This document shows, in pieces, positions 27,901 through 38,363 of a DNA stretch of 64,000 nucleotides. The stretch comes from an uncultured Chloroflexia bacterium (GTDB lineage: Bacteria > Chloroflexota > Limnocylindria > Limnocylindrales > CSP1-4), in contig CAVVNQ010000021.1 in the NCBI GenBank assembly GCA_963749705.1, positions 18,094 through 82,093 of the forward strand. The letters are read 5' to 3'. Numbering within the stretch: position 1 is the stretch's first letter; the number at the start of each line of letters is the position of its first letter. Below the pieces are notes generated by a model. That model made no database searches, had not been told where the DNA came from, and was given only the letters and a program-made list of their open reading frames with translations. Position numbers and translations under genes: made by a program.

Positions 27901-28608
27901 ATGCTCCATCGGCGCTGGTTCCCAGAGCACATCGACGGCGAGCTGGTCGTGCTTCGCCGCCATTCCCGAGAGAACCTGCGCGACTTCCTGCGCTGGTACC
28001 AGGACGCCGATGTCGCGCGCCTGACGCGGTACCAGGACGGCCCGATGCGGCCGGACGAGATCGAGCGCTTCTTCATGATGCGGGCGCTCGGACCCGAGTC
28101 GCTCGCGATGGGGATCCACATCAGGGCCACCGACCGCCTGATCGGCTCGTGCGCGTTCTCGCAGCTCGACGGGGACAACGGGTCCGCGCTGTTCCACATC
28201 ACCATCGGGGAGCACGATGCGTGGGGCCACGGGTACGGCGGCGAGGCGACGAGCCTGATGGTCGACCACGCGCTCGGCTCGCTGGGCCTGCACCGCGTCG
28301 CGCTGTCCGTGTTCGCGTTCAACGAGCGGGCCATCCGCGCCTACCTGCGGGTCGGCTTCGTGATCGAGGGACGGTCGCGCGAGGCGATCTGGCGCGACGG
28401 ACGGTGGTGGGACGAGGTCCACATGAGCGTGCTCGAGCCCGAATGGCGGTCGGCGCGCTGGCAGGCGCGCGCCAGCGCCGAGGGACGGGTCGAGGCGAGC
28501 GGGCCTGCCGATGCCGGCACGACCCGGGTGGACGGTCGGGCCGCGGTCGCGTCCGGGCTGGTCGACGCGATCAACGAGGAGCCGGTCGTCCCACGAGGCG
28601 GAGGATGA
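27901..28608 (+). CDS. GNAT acetyltransferase, RimJ/RimL family
   Basis: WGHGYGGEA, LHRV.L.V...NERAIRAYLRVGF..EG. Confidence 0.9.
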   Translation: MLHRRWFPEHIDGELVVLRRHSRENLRDFLRWYQDADVARLTRYQDGPMRPDEIERFFMMRALGPESLAMGIHIRATDRLIGSCAFSQLDGDNGSALFHITIGEHDAWGHGYGGEATSLMVDHALGSLGLHRVALSVFAFNERAIRAYLRVGFVIEGRSREAIWRDGRWWDEVHMSVLEPEWRSARWQARASAEGRVEASGPADAGTTRVDGRAAVASGLVDAINEEPVVPRGGG

Positions 28609-28609
28609 G

Positions 28610-28888
28610 ATGGCGAGCCAAGGTCCGGCGGCGGATGCCGCCCGCGCCGCGTTCCGGGAGCGGATCGACGCGAAGGGTCACGCGGTCGACAACGCGCGGC
28701 ACGCCGTCGAAGGGTTGAACGCCGCGTTCGACGCCGGGGCGCTCGACCGGACGCCCGTGCTGGGGGCCATGCTGGCCGATCTCGAGGCGGCGCTCCAGGT
28801 GGAGGATGGGCAGCGGCTCGGCGGCAAGAGCGCCGAGGCAGCTCGGTTCATCACGCGCGCGATCTCCCGCGAGCTCGACAACGCCTGA
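28610..28888 (+). CDS. Hypothetical helical protein
   Basis: GGAGG RBS, coupled to the GNAT stop, typical codon usage. Confidence 0.65.
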   Translation: MASQGPAADAARAAFRERIDAKGHAVDNARHAVEGLNAAFDAGALDRTPVLGAMLADLEAALQVEDGQRLGGKSAEAARFITRAISRELDNA

Positions 28889-28990
28889 CCCACACCGCGC
28901 GTCGCGGCCGCGCAACCGACCTTCGTCGCGGAAGCGCGGCCGACAGGGGATCGGGTAGGGTTCCCGACAACGCAGGAGCACGATCGCCCG

Positions 28991-30160
28991 ATGACGCCCA
29001 CCGGCCCCGCGCAGCGCGCCGCAACCGTCGAGTTCGACCATGTGACCAAGGTCTACGACGCACGCTCCGCCCGGGGCGGGACGCCGGGAGCCGTCAACGA
29101 CCTCACCCTGACCGTCCCGGCCGGCAGGATCTGCGTGTTCGTCGGGCCGTCCGGGTGTGGCAAGACCACGACCCTCAAGATGGTCAACCGCCTGATCGAG
29201 CCCACGTCCGGCCGGATCCGCGTCGACGGCGTCGACGCGTCGACGCGCGACCTGACGGAGCTCCGGCGAAGCATCGGCTACGTCATCCAGCAGACGGGCC
29301 TGTTCCCCCACCAGACGATCGCGGACAACGTCGCCACCGTGCCGCGCCTCCTGGGCTGGCCGAAGGTCCGCCAGCGCGAGCGAGCCGAGGAGCTGCTGTC
29401 GGTCGTCGGCCTGGATCCGGCGAAGTACGCGCGGCGCTACCCGGCCCAGCTCTCGGGCGGTGAGCGACAGCGCGTGGGCGTGGCCCGGGCGCTGGCCGGC
29501 GATCCCCCGATCATGCTCATGGACGAGCCGTTCGGCGCGGTCGATCCGATCGTCCGGGAGCGTCTCCAGAACGAGTTCCTGCGCATCCAGGAGCAGCTGG
29601 CCAAGACGATCCTGTTCGTGACCCACGACATCGACGAGGCGATCAAGATGGGCGACCTGGTCGCGGTCATGCGGACCGGCGGGGTCCTCGCCCAGTACGG
29701 CCCACCCGAGGAGATCCTGGCCAACCCGGCCTCGGAGTTCGTGGCGCGGTTCGTGGGCACCGATCGCGGGCTCAAGCGCCTGTCGCTGGTCCGGGTCCGC
29801 GACCTCGAGCTTGCGCCGGCAATCACCGCCCGCACCGGCGACGACGCCGCGGAGGCGCGACGGCGCGCCCTGGCCGATCCGTTCCCGTGGCTGCTCCTGC
29901 TCGACGAGGCGGACCGGCCGCTGGGCTGGGTCGACCAGCACGAGGTGCCGGCGTCCGGCGTCCTCGACGCGTCCCTGGTCGGGACCACGTCCCCCCTCCT
30001 CGACCGCCGGACGACGCTCAAGGACGCGCTGTCGATGCTGCTCGAGGACGACGTGCAGGCCGGCGTCGTCGTCGATCGCCGTGGCGTGTTCCGGGGCCTG
30101 GTCACGGTCGCCGAGGTCGCCGCGTACCTGCGCGACTCCGGGCGGGAGCCTGACGCGTGA
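28991..30160 (+). CDS. Osmoprotectant (glycine betaine/choline/proline) ABC transporter ATP-binding subunit with CBS domains
   Basis: GPSGCGKTT, IGYVIQQTGLFPH, LSGGERQR, MDEPFGAVDP. Confidence 0.93.
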   Translation: MTPTGPAQRAATVEFDHVTKVYDARSARGGTPGAVNDLTLTVPAGRICVFVGPSGCGKTTTLKMVNRLIEPTSGRIRVDGVDASTRDLTELRRSIGYVIQQTGLFPHQTIADNVATVPRLLGWPKVRQRERAEELLSVVGLDPAKYARRYPAQLSGGERQRVGVARALAGDPPIMLMDEPFGAVDPIVRERLQNEFLRIQEQLAKTILFVTHDIDEAIKMGDLVAVMRTGGVLAQYGPPEEILANPASEFVARFVGTDRGLKRLSLVRVRDLELAPAITARTGDDAAEARRRALADPFPWLLLLDEADRPLGWVDQHEVPASGVLDASLVGTTSPLLDRRTTLKDALSMLLEDDVQAGVVVDRRGVFRGLVTVAEVAAYLRDSGREPDA

Positions 30161-30918
30161 TCGATTGGGGCTGGATGGCGGACCACGTCGACACGCTGGC
30201 CGCGCGGCTCGTCCAGCACCTCTACCTGGCCACGATCGCCGTCGGCATCGGGTTCGCGATCTCGTTCCTGCTCGCGATCTGGAGCGTCCGGCAGCGACGG
30301 GTCTACGGTCCCGTCTCGGCCGTCGCCAGCATCCTGTACACGATCCCCAGCCTCGCGCTGTTCGCCGCGCTGGTGCCGATCACGGGCCTGTCGCTGGTCA
30401 CGGCCGTCACGCCGCTCGTGCTGTACACGATCCTGATCTTCGTGCGCAACATCGTGGCCGGGTTCGACGCTGCGCCACCGGACGTGCTGGAAGCCGCCGA
30501 CGGCATGGGCTACACCCCGGGCAGCCGGCTGTGGCGCGTCGAGCTGCCGCTTGCGCTGCCTCTGACGATGGCCGGGCTGCGGGTCGCGAGCGTGTCCACG
30601 ATCGGGCTGGTCACGATCTCGGGCGCGATCGGCGACCGGTTCGGCGGGCTGGGGTTCTTCATCTTCGAGGGCTACCGGCGCGGGTTCCCGAGCGAGATCC
30701 TGTTCGGTGCCGTGCCCTCGATGCTGCTCGCCGTCGCCGTCGATCTCGCACTCGTGGCGCTGCAACGTCGCGTGACGCCGTGGACCGCGGCACACGACGC
30801 CGGGCCGCCCGAACCGCCCGAACCGATCGTACCGGACGGGTCGGACGGGACCGGCGGCACCCGGGCACGCGAACGCGACACCGGGGCACGCGAACGCGGC
30901 GCCGGAGCCGCGGCCTGA
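30157..30918 (+). CDS. Osmoprotectant ABC transporter permease
   Basis: TIPSLALF, EAADGMG, VELPLALP, GGLG. Confidence 0.92.
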   Translation: MIDWGWMADHVDTLAARLVQHLYLATIAVGIGFAISFLLAIWSVRQRRVYGPVSAVASILYTIPSLALFAALVPITGLSLVTAVTPLVLYTILIFVRNIVAGFDAAPPDVLEAADGMGYTPGSRLWRVELPLALPLTMAGLRVASVSTIGLVTISGAIGDRFGGLGFFIFEGYRRGFPSEILFGAVPSMLLAVAVDLALVALQRRVTPWTAAHDAGPPEPPEPIVPDGSDGTGGTRARERDTGARERGAGAAA

Positions 30919-31646
30919 TGGACATCCTGACCGCGACGGTGGCCTGGCTGCTGGAGCCGTCGCACTGGTCCGGCCCGTCCGGGATCCCGGCCCGCGTCGG
31001 CGAGCACCTGGCCCTGTCGGGGGTTGCCCTGCTGATCGCCGCGGCGATCGCGCTGCCGCTGGGGATGTGGGTCGGCCACACGCGGCGAGGGGCGAGGCTC
31101 GCGCTCAACTCGGCCAACCTCGCCCGCGCCGTGCCGTCGCTGGCGATCATCGGGATCGCGATCCCGATCACGACCGTCATCGACCCTCAGCTTGGATTCC
31201 GCGTCATCCCGACGCTGATCGCGATGGTCGCCCTCGGCGTGCCCCCGATCCTCGTCAACGCCTATGCGGGCGTCTCCGAGGTCGACCGTGACCTGACCGA
31301 GGCTGCCCGCGGGATGGGCTTCACCCCGCTCCAGGTGCTGGCGCGCGTCGAGCTCCCATTGGCATTGCCCGTGATCGCGGCCGGGCTCGGATCCGCCGCG
31401 GTCCAGATCATCGCAACGGCGACGCTGGGTGCGATCTTCGGGTTCGGCGGGCTGGGCACCTACCTCACCGAGGGCATCGCGCAGAACGATGACCCGAAGG
31501 TGTTCGGGGGCGTCGTCCTCGTCGCGCTGCTCGCGCTCGCGGCCGAAGGCGGGTTCGCCGTGCTCGCCCGCGCGCTGACGCCACGGGGCCTCCACGCCGA
31601 GCGGCAGGCGGGCCCGGCTGCGACCGCCGGGTCGGCGTCCGCCTGA
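30918..31646 (+). CDS. Osmoprotectant ABC transporter permease
   Basis: RAVPSLA, EAARGMG, VELPLALP. TGATG overlap with the previous gene. Confidence 0.92.
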   Translation: MDILTATVAWLLEPSHWSGPSGIPARVGEHLALSGVALLIAAAIALPLGMWVGHTRRGARLALNSANLARAVPSLAIIGIAIPITTVIDPQLGFRVIPTLIAMVALGVPPILVNAYAGVSEVDRDLTEAARGMGFTPLQVLARVELPLALPVIAAGLGSAAVQIIATATLGAIFGFGGLGTYLTEGIAQNDDPKVFGGVVLVALLALAAEGGFAVLARALTPRGLHAERQAGPAATAGSASA

Positions 31647-31744
31647 TCCGGAGCGCGAGGCGGGTCGCCCGCCGGGTATCCGGAGCGCCGCTGTTATCGT
31701 GGCGCCAGCCCGGAAGGCCCGGGACCAACACGGAAGGAGACCCA

Positions 31745-32653
31745 ATGCGGTTGGCCCGCACGCTCGCCCTCGGGGCGTCGCTGCTGGTGCTCGTGAGCGC
31801 CTGCTCGACGGGAGGGGGCAGCAAGCCCACGGTCAAGGTGGGATCGGTTGGGTTCGACGAGGCGCGGATCGTCGCCGAGGCGTATGCGCAGGTGCTCGAG
31901 AACGCCGGCTACACCGTCAATCGTGACGGGATCGGCCTCGGCGACCGCAAGGTGCTGCTGCCGGCGCTCGAGAGCGGCCAGATCGACCTCCAGCCCGAAT
32001 ACATCGGATCCGGCCTCGCGGCCGGCTACGGCGGCACGCCCACCGGAGATCCGGCCGCCAACCGGACGGCCCTCCAGGCGATCCTCGACGGCAAGGGAGG
32101 GGGCATCACCGTCCTCGACTACACGCCGGCCCAGGACCAGAACGCCTTCGTCGTCCGCAGGGAGACGGCCGACCAGTACTCGCTATCCAAGATGAGTGAC
32201 GTCGCCGCGGTCCAGGACAAGCTCAAGCTCGGGCTGGCCAAGGACTGCCCCACGAACCCCCTGTGCGCCGGCGCCCTCAAGGACGCGTACGGGATCGACA
32301 CGTCTGGTGCGACGCTGCTCGACGCCTGCTCCACGCCCATGGCCCAGGCCCTGGAGGCCAAGACGATCGACCTCGGCGAGCTGTGCTCGACGCAGCCGGA
32401 CATCATCGTCAACGACTTCGTGCTGCTGGCCGATGACAAGCAGACCCAGCCCGCGGACAACATCGCGCCACTGGTCCGGAACGACTTCCTGGACAAGGTG
32501 GACAAGGCAGCGTTCGAGAAGCTGCTCAACGACCTGTCGGCGAAGATCGACACGCCGACCCTCGCCGACCTGTACAAGCAGGTCAGCGTGGACAAGAAGG
32601 ACATCAGCGACGTGGTCAGCACCTGGCTCAAGGCGCAGGGCCTCATCTCGTAG
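31745..32653 (+). CDS. Osmoprotectant ABC transporter substrate-binding lipoprotein
   Basis: Lipobox LVSAC, IDLQPEYIGS, PAQDQN. AAGGAG RBS. Confidence 0.92.
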   Translation: MRLARTLALGASLLVLVSACSTGGGSKPTVKVGSVGFDEARIVAEAYAQVLENAGYTVNRDGIGLGDRKVLLPALESGQIDLQPEYIGSGLAAGYGGTPTGDPAANRTALQAILDGKGGGITVLDYTPAQDQNAFVVRRETADQYSLSKMSDVAAVQDKLKLGLAKDCPTNPLCAGALKDAYGIDTSGATLLDACSTPMAQALEAKTIDLGELCSTQPDIIVNDFVLLADDKQTQPADNIAPLVRNDFLDKVDKAAFEKLLNDLSAKIDTPTLADLYKQVSVDKKDISDVVSTWLKAQGLIS

Positions 32654-32675
32654 GCACGGTTCCTGATCAGGTCAA

Positions 32676-32700
32676 CGGGCCCCGGCGACGCCGGGGCCCG
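32676..32700. terminator. GC-rich hairpin between convergent operons
   Basis: CGGGCCCCGGC-GAC-GCCGGGGCCCG, a perfect 11-bp stem. Confidence 0.7.
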
Positions 32701-32722
32701 TGCAATTCCCGCTCGCTGCCGG

Positions 32723-33445
32723 TCAGCCCAGCTCCAGCCAGGCGAGCAGGGCCTCGCCGTCCCGCCACGCGACCGGCACGTCGACCGACAGCCGGTGCGC
32801 CTCGTGATCGACGGTCCGGGCGAGCGCCGGGTAGGCCTCCCGCATCCGGCCGCCGGGACGCACTCGCGAGCCAAGGTGCCGGATGAACGCCCCGTACAGG
32901 GCCTCGGGATCGGTGTCCGCGATGCGGGCCTCGGCCTCTGGCTGGTAGTCGACGGGGACCATCAGCCGCGCGAAGAAGGCGCCGATCTCGTCGGCCATCG
33001 GATCGACGCCCTGGGAGTGCCCGGCCCAGCGGACGATCGGCGCCCGCGATACGAACGCCACGATCGTCTCCTGCTCACCGTTCACCGCCCCGAGCACGGT
33101 GCCGCCGAACGACAGGAACTGGTTCGAGACGGGCACCCGGTCGGTGACCTGGAGTCGGCCCCAGGCGAACGTTCGGCGCAGGGGCATCGGTGTCCGGTTG
33201 TCGATCTGCGCGAGCTGGCAGCGGCCGGAGCCGGCCGCCCAGAACGAGGCCTCCTCGGGGTCAAAATGCTCGAGCGTCGGCTGGTTCCGCAGCGCGACCA
33301 GCAGGCGAGGACCCGGAACCGTGCCCGGGCGGCTCCCGTCGCGCAGGACGAACCCGAGGTGGGCCAGCTCTGCGGACGCGTCCTCGAGCCAGCCGCCGCC
33401 CCACTCGAGCGAGCCGGGCCACGGGGACGCGGCCGGCGACGTCAT
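32723..33445 (-). CDS. Hypothetical protein, third gene of the glycosyltransferase operon
   Basis: Overlaps the upstream stop codon, globular composition. Confidence 0.7.
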   Translation of the reverse strand: MTSPAASPWPGSLEWGGGWLEDASAELAHLGFVLRDGSRPGTVPGPRLLVALRNQPTLEHFDPEEASFWAAGSGRCQLAQIDNRTPMPLRRTFAWGRLQVTDRVPVSNQFLSFGGTVLGAVNGEQETIVAFVSRAPIVRWAGHSQGVDPMADEIGAFFARLMVPVDYQPEAEARIADTDPEALYGAFIRHLGSRVRPGGRMREAYPALARTVDHEAHRLSVDVPVAWRDGEALLAWLELG

Positions 33446-34488
33446 CACGGCTCGACGTCCGCAGCGATCCCGGTTGCGGTGGCCCGCCGGTCCGGTGCCG
33501 GCGCCGGGGTGGCGACGGACGGCGCGGGTGCGTCCGCGGAAGCCCCACGGCCGCCCAGCGCGACCACGGCCGCGCCGCCGACCGAGGTCAGCAGCAGCGT
33601 CGTGGCGTGGACCAGGACGGCGAACGCCAGTGCCGGCTCGGCGGCGACCCCGACCGAGCGGGCGATGGTGACCGCCGCCAGCTCGAACGTGCCCACGTAC
33701 CCGGGGGCGGCCGGAATGGCGGTGGCGAGATTCGTGCCGGCGGCGAGCAGCGCGGCCTGGCCGATCGTGAGCTCGATCCCGATCGCCTGGCCGGCGGCGG
33801 CGAACGCGAGCACGGTGCACGACCAGGATCCGATCGAGAGCGCGGTCGCGGCGGCCATCGTCCGCAGGTCGCTCGCGATCGCGAGGCCGCTGCGGAGCCG
33901 GACCAGGACGTCCCGGGCGCGCGGCCATCGTGCGACGACGGCGCCCACCCGGTCGGCGCCCGGCAGCCGGTGGGCGACCATCCCGATCGCGATCAGCAGG
34001 ACCAGCAGCGCGGTCACCGCGAGGCCGACCAGGACCGCGGACGCGACAACGCCGCGCACGGACAGGACCAGGATCGCGGCCGCCGCGATCGCCACGACCA
34101 CGACCGTGTCCACGACCCTCTCGACCACGATCGTGCCCAGGATCGTGGTCCGCGAGACGCCCGTCCTGGTGCCCAGGTGGTGGCTCCGGACGATCTCGCC
34201 CAGCCGGGCCGGGAGGACGTTGTTGGCGAGATAGCCAACCAGCAGCGATCCGAGCGTCATGCGCAGCGGGACCGCCGCCAGCGGCGCCAGCAGCACCCGC
34301 CAGCGGATCGCGCGCAGCAGGAGATCGATGACGACGAACGCGATCAGCAGCACGATCCAGCCGGGCTCGGCGTGGCGCAGCGCGTCCACGGCGGCTCCGA
34401 GGTCGACCGAGCGGACCACGAGGGCGAGCGCCACCGCCGAGATCGCGATCCCGGCTGCAGCTCGCCAGAACCGTTCGGGCAGCCGCAT
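33445..34488 (-). CDS. Lysylphosphatidylglycerol synthase TM / flippase-like protein (UPF0104)
   Basis: RAIRWRVLL, GYLANNVLPARLGE, ERVVD, PAAPGYVGTFE. Confidence 0.9.
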   Translation of the reverse strand: MRLPERFWRAAAGIAISAVALALVVRSVDLGAAVDALRHAEPGWIVLLIAFVVIDLLLRAIRWRVLLAPLAAVPLRMTLGSLLVGYLANNVLPARLGEIVRSHHLGTRTGVSRTTILGTIVVERVVDTVVVVAIAAAAILVLSVRGVVASAVLVGLAVTALLVLLIAIGMVAHRLPGADRVGAVVARWPRARDVLVRLRSGLAIASDLRTMAAATALSIGSWSCTVLAFAAAGQAIGIELTIGQAALLAAGTNLATAIPAAPGYVGTFELAAVTIARSVGVAAEPALAFAVLVHATTLLLTSVGGAAVVALGGRGASADAPAPSVATPAPAPDRRATATGIAADVEP

Positions 34489-34489
34489 C

Positions 34490-35260
34490 TCAGTTGCCGC
34501 CGGTCTCGCCGGCAGCCATGCGGGGACGGAGCTTGGACGAACGGCGGATCCCGCTCCGGTGGAGCAGGAACCGTCCAACGACCCGCAGGGTGGACAGCCC
34601 GTATACGACGCTCCTGCGGAAGTTGACCGACGATGCCTCCTCGAAGTACCGGGTCGGCACCGCGATCTCGCCGATGTTGAGCCCGCCCGCGGCGACCACC
34701 TGCGAGATCAGCTCCTGATCGAACACGAAGTCGTCCGAGTTGAGGCGGTACGGGATGGTCTCCAGCAGCCGCCGGCTGTATGCCCGAAGCCCCGTGTGGT
34801 ACTCGGACAGCCGGAGGCCGAACGCGACGTTCTCGACGCCGGTCAGGAAGCGGTTCGAGAGGTACTTCCAGCGAGGCATCCCGCCGGCCAGCGGATCGCC
34901 CAGGAACCGGCTGCCCAGCATCAGGTCGCGCGCACCGGACGCGATCGGCGCGACGAGCTCGGGGATGCGCGTGGCGTCGTACTGGTAGTCGGGATGGAGC
35001 ATGACGACGACGTCGGCACCCCACTCGAGCGCCCGGTCGTAGCAGGTCTTCTGGTTGCCGCCGTAGCCAAGGTTCTGGCGATGCGTGATCACCTCCAGCC
35101 CGAGCCGCTGCGCGATCTCGACCGTCTCGTCCTGCGACACGTCATCGACCAGGATCAGGTGATCGACCAGGTCATGCGGAATGTCCGCATAGGTGCGCTC
35201 GAGCGTGAGGGCAGCGTTGTATGCGGGCATCACGATGACGACGCGCGGCGGCTCCGGCAT
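34490..35260 (-). CDS. GT2 glycosyltransferase (polyprenol-phosphate glycosyltransferase-like)
   Basis: VMPAYN, VDDVSQD, NLGYGGNQK, HPDYQY, GSRFL. Confidence 0.92.
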   Translation of the reverse strand: MPEPPRVVIVMPAYNAALTLERTYADIPHDLVDHLILVDDVSQDETVEIAQRLGLEVITHRQNLGYGGNQKTCYDRALEWGADVVVMLHPDYQYDATRIPELVAPIASGARDLMLGSRFLGDPLAGGMPRWKYLSNRFLTGVENVAFGLRLSEYHTGLRAYSRRLLETIPYRLNSDDFVFDQELISQVVAAGGLNIGEIAVPTRYFEEASSVNFRRSVVYGLSTLRVVGRFLLHRSGIRRSSKLRPRMAAGETGGN

Positions 35261-35426
35261 GGCCCAAGGGTAGTGCCTCCTCGCCCGGGCCGACGATCAG
35301 CCGATGGTCATGGCCGGAGCGTTCCCGGTAGCCACGCCGTCGCAATCCCGTCATCATTGACCGGTACGCTTCGGCGTCCCGGGATCGGTCATTCGTCCCA
35401 TGTTCCCGTGCCCGCAGGAGTCCAGG

Positions 35427-36029
35427 ATGTTCGAGCGCCTGTTCGGGGACCGCCGCGGCGATCCCTCCGTCGCCGACCGCGTCCCGCCCGGTCAGTACCT
35501 CACCGAGAAGTTCCCCGTCCTCCACTACGGCAGCGTGCCGCACCCGGACCTGTCCACGTGGGACTTCAAGGTCTACGGCGAGGTCGACAACCCGTTCCGG
35601 TTGACCTGGGACGAGTTCAAGGCACTCCCCCGCAAGGAGGTGACCACCGACATCCACTGCGTGACGCGCTGGACCAAGCTGGACACCCACTGGGAGGGGG
35701 TCGCGATCCAGACGATCCTCGAGCTCGCCCAGGTCCGGCCGGACGCGAGGTTCGTGGTGGGCCATGCCGAGCAGGGGTACACCGCCAACGTGCCGCTCGA
35801 GGTCCTCGACGACGACGACGTGCTGCTCGCGGACACGTACGAGGGCAAGCCGCTGGAGCCGGAGCACGGCTACCCGCTCCGGCTCATCGTCCCCAAGCGC
35901 TACTTCTGGAAGGGTCCCAAGTGGATCCGCGGCCTGGAGCTCCTGAGCCACGACATGCCCGGCTTCTGGGAGCGCTACGGGTACCACAACGACGCGGACC
36001 CGTGGCAGGAGGAGCGCTTCTCCGAGTAG
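35427..36029 (+). CDS. Sulfite-oxidase-like molybdopterin oxidoreductase
   Basis: RVPPGQ, DIHCVTRW, HGYPLRL, KGPKW, GFWERYGYH. Confidence 0.92.
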   Translation: MFERLFGDRRGDPSVADRVPPGQYLTEKFPVLHYGSVPHPDLSTWDFKVYGEVDNPFRLTWDEFKALPRKEVTTDIHCVTRWTKLDTHWEGVAIQTILELAQVRPDARFVVGHAEQGYTANVPLEVLDDDDVLLADTYEGKPLEPEHGYPLRLIVPKRYFWKGPKWIRGLELLSHDMPGFWERYGYHNDADPWQEERFSE

Positions 36030-36097
36030 CGCTGCCGGCCGGCACCGGAACCACGGACGGGGCGCCCGGCAGGTCGGCGACAGCCGATAATCGCCGG

Positions 36098-37387
36098 GTG
36101 TCCGCCCCCTCGCCCATGCGCCACGCGTCCCGGACGGCATCGCTCGCGCCGTTCGTCGCGACGACCGCCCTGGGCAGCACTGCCTACATCGCCGCGTTCA
36201 CCGCGGCCTCGATCGCAGCCCGGGAGATCACCGGCAAGGCGGAGCTGTCCGGCCTGCCGAGCGCCCTGGGAACGATCGGCACCGCAGGTGCGATCGGCTT
36301 GCTGGCGGCGATCATGTCGCGTCGCGGGCGACGCACCGGGTTGATCGGGGGGTTCGCAGTCGCCGTCGTCGGCGCGATCGCATCGGTCGCGGCGGTCGTC
36401 CTTGCCGCGTTCCCGCTGTTGCTGGCCGGCAGCATCCTCGCTGGCTTTGGCAACGCCGCCATCCAGCTGTCGCGCTATGCGGCCGCCGACCGAGTCGCTC
36501 CCGAGCAGCGCGCGGCGGCCGTCGGCGTCGTGGTCTGGGGCAGCACGGCAGGAGCCGTGCTCGGGCCGAACCTGGTCGCACCGGCGGGTGCGGTCGCGTC
36601 CGCTGTCGGACGATCGGCCCTCGAGGGCGGGCTGACGGTCACGGTGCTGGGCTTCGCCCTGGCGTTGCTGGTCGTGCTGGTCCGCGTTCCACGCCCCGAT
36701 GGCACGGTCGATCCGGCACGACCGCCGGGCGATGCCGCCGAGGCGAATCCGGAACCCGCCGCGGTCGCTCCGGAACTCGTCACGCGAACCGAGGGCCTGC
36801 TGGCCGCCCTCGCACCGATCCGGGTGCGCGTCGCGCTGGTGGCGATGGTGACGGCGCAGGTCGTCATGGTCCTGATCATGACCATGACCCCGGTCCACAT
36901 CCACGACATGGGCGAGAGCCTGACCACGGTCGGCTTCGTGATCAGCGCCCATACCCTGGGCATGTTCGCCCTGTCCCCGATCACGGGTCGGCTCGTCGTC
37001 CGGATCGGGGCGTTCACCGTGCTCTACGCCGGGTTTGCGATGCTGCTGGTGGCCGCCGTCCTGGCGGCAGTCGCGCGGGACCCGAACATCCCCGTGCTCG
37101 TGCTCGCCCTGTTCCTCCTCGGCTACGGCTGGAACCTGGCATTCGTCGCGGGCAGCAGCCTGCTCACCAGCGGCGCGTCGCTGCGGGAGCGGATCCGCCT
37201 CCAGGGGGCGACCGACATGCTCGTGTTCTCGGCAGGCGCGGCCGCGAGCGTGTCGTCCGGCCTGCTCCTCGACTGGGCCGGGTACCAGACCCTGGCCATC
37301 GTGGGTGGTGGCTTCCTGGCGCTCCCGGCCGTCGTCATCTTCCTCGCCGGCCGTCGGATCGCAGCACCCGCGCGGGCTGGCGCCTGA
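36098..37387 (+). CDS. MFS transporter
   Basis: About 12 TM helices, RRGRRTGL, RYAAAD, MTMTP...HTLGMF. GTG start after GATAAT. Confidence 0.88.
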   Translation: MSAPSPMRHASRTASLAPFVATTALGSTAYIAAFTAASIAAREITGKAELSGLPSALGTIGTAGAIGLLAAIMSRRGRRTGLIGGFAVAVVGAIASVAAVVLAAFPLLLAGSILAGFGNAAIQLSRYAAADRVAPEQRAAAVGVVVWGSTAGAVLGPNLVAPAGAVASAVGRSALEGGLTVTVLGFALALLVVLVRVPRPDGTVDPARPPGDAAEANPEPAAVAPELVTRTEGLLAALAPIRVRVALVAMVTAQVVMVLIMTMTPVHIHDMGESLTTVGFVISAHTLGMFALSPITGRLVVRIGAFTVLYAGFAMLLVAAVLAAVARDPNIPVLVLALFLLGYGWNLAFVAGSSLLTSGASLRERIRLQGATDMLVFSAGAAASVSSGLLLDWAGYQTLAIVGGGFLALPAVVIFLAGRRIAAPARAGA

Positions 37388-37429
37388 CGCCCTCGCCGGG
37401 CGCTTCTACGCCGGGCGCTGCTTCGCCGA

Positions 37430-38191
37430 TCAGTTGGTGCGCCCGGCGATCCCCGACCGGTCCGGCGCGAAGGGCGCAAGGCGATGGGCGAGCAGCAGCA
37501 GCTCGCGATCCAGCAGGTCGTCGAGGTCACGGAGCCGGCGCTCGGCGCTCACGGCCTCGAGCAGCGCCTGCTTGCGGTCCAGCTCCACCTGGACGATCCC
37601 GGTGAGCAGGAACGACAGCGCCGACGGGTCGTCCGGGATGCGCAGCGCAGCCGCCAGCTCGCCCGGCCCGCCACCCGGCGCCGACGCATCGTCATCGTCG
37701 GTCGCGGGCACCTCGACCTCGACCTGGACGTCGATCGGCTCCGCCGCCTCGCCGTCGCGGGGCTGGAGCAGCCGGAGGTACTCGACGAAGCGGGCGGAGA
37801 CGCGTTGCGCCAGGGCGTCGGCGACGGCGGCGATGCCCACGGCGTCCTCGATCGGATCGACCTCGGCCACGAGGTAGGGTTCGGAGTCTCCGTCGACGTC
37901 GATCACCAGGAACCGGCGGCCACCGACGACCAGCAGGTCCCAGCGCCCGTCCGGGTAGCGGCTCGCCTCGCGGATCTCCGCCAGGGTTCCCACGGCGGCG
38001 ATCGAGAGCTCCTGCGGCTCGCCGTCCACGGGTCCCACCTCGCTGCCCTCGCGGATCATCACCACGCCGAACGGCGATTCGGTGTCCAGGCAGTGCTGCA
38101 CGAGGGCGCGGTAGCGCGGCTCGAAGATGTGCAGCGGCAGGGCGATCCCCGGCGCGAGCACGGTTCGGAGCGGGAACAGCGGGATCTGCAT
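37430..38191 (-). CDS. Lon N-terminal substrate-binding domain protein
   Basis: IPLFPL..VL.PG..LPLHIFEPRY, DGRWDL...G..RF, KQALLE. Confidence 0.9.
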   Translation of the reverse strand: MQIPLFPLRTVLAPGIALPLHIFEPRYRALVQHCLDTESPFGVVMIREGSEVGPVDGEPQELSIAAVGTLAEIREASRYPDGRWDLLVVGGRRFLVIDVDGDSEPYLVAEVDPIEDAVGIAAVADALAQRVSARFVEYLRLLQPRDGEAAEPIDVQVEVEVPATDDDDASAPGGGPGELAAALRIPDDPSALSFLLTGIVQVELDRKQALLEAVSAERRLRDLDDLLDRELLLLAHRLAPFAPDRSGIAGRTN

Positions 38192-38363
38192 CTCGACCGC
38201 AGCATAGGCCGGGTGGCGACGGCGGGCCACACCGCTCCGGCTTCGAGATCTCGGTCCCGGTCCCCGAATCGAGAAGCCGCCGTAGACCGGCGGCTTCGTG
38301 TCCGATGAGCGGGTCAGGCCCGGTGAGCGGGTAAGGCCCGCCTGGTCCAGGCCCGGCGCGAGG

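Noticed and set aside
34259-37387. 1042-aa ORF suggesting a large MFS fusion
   Set aside because: Only the last ~430 codons are MFS-like. The upstream part overlaps the GT2 and molybdopterin genes in shadow frames.
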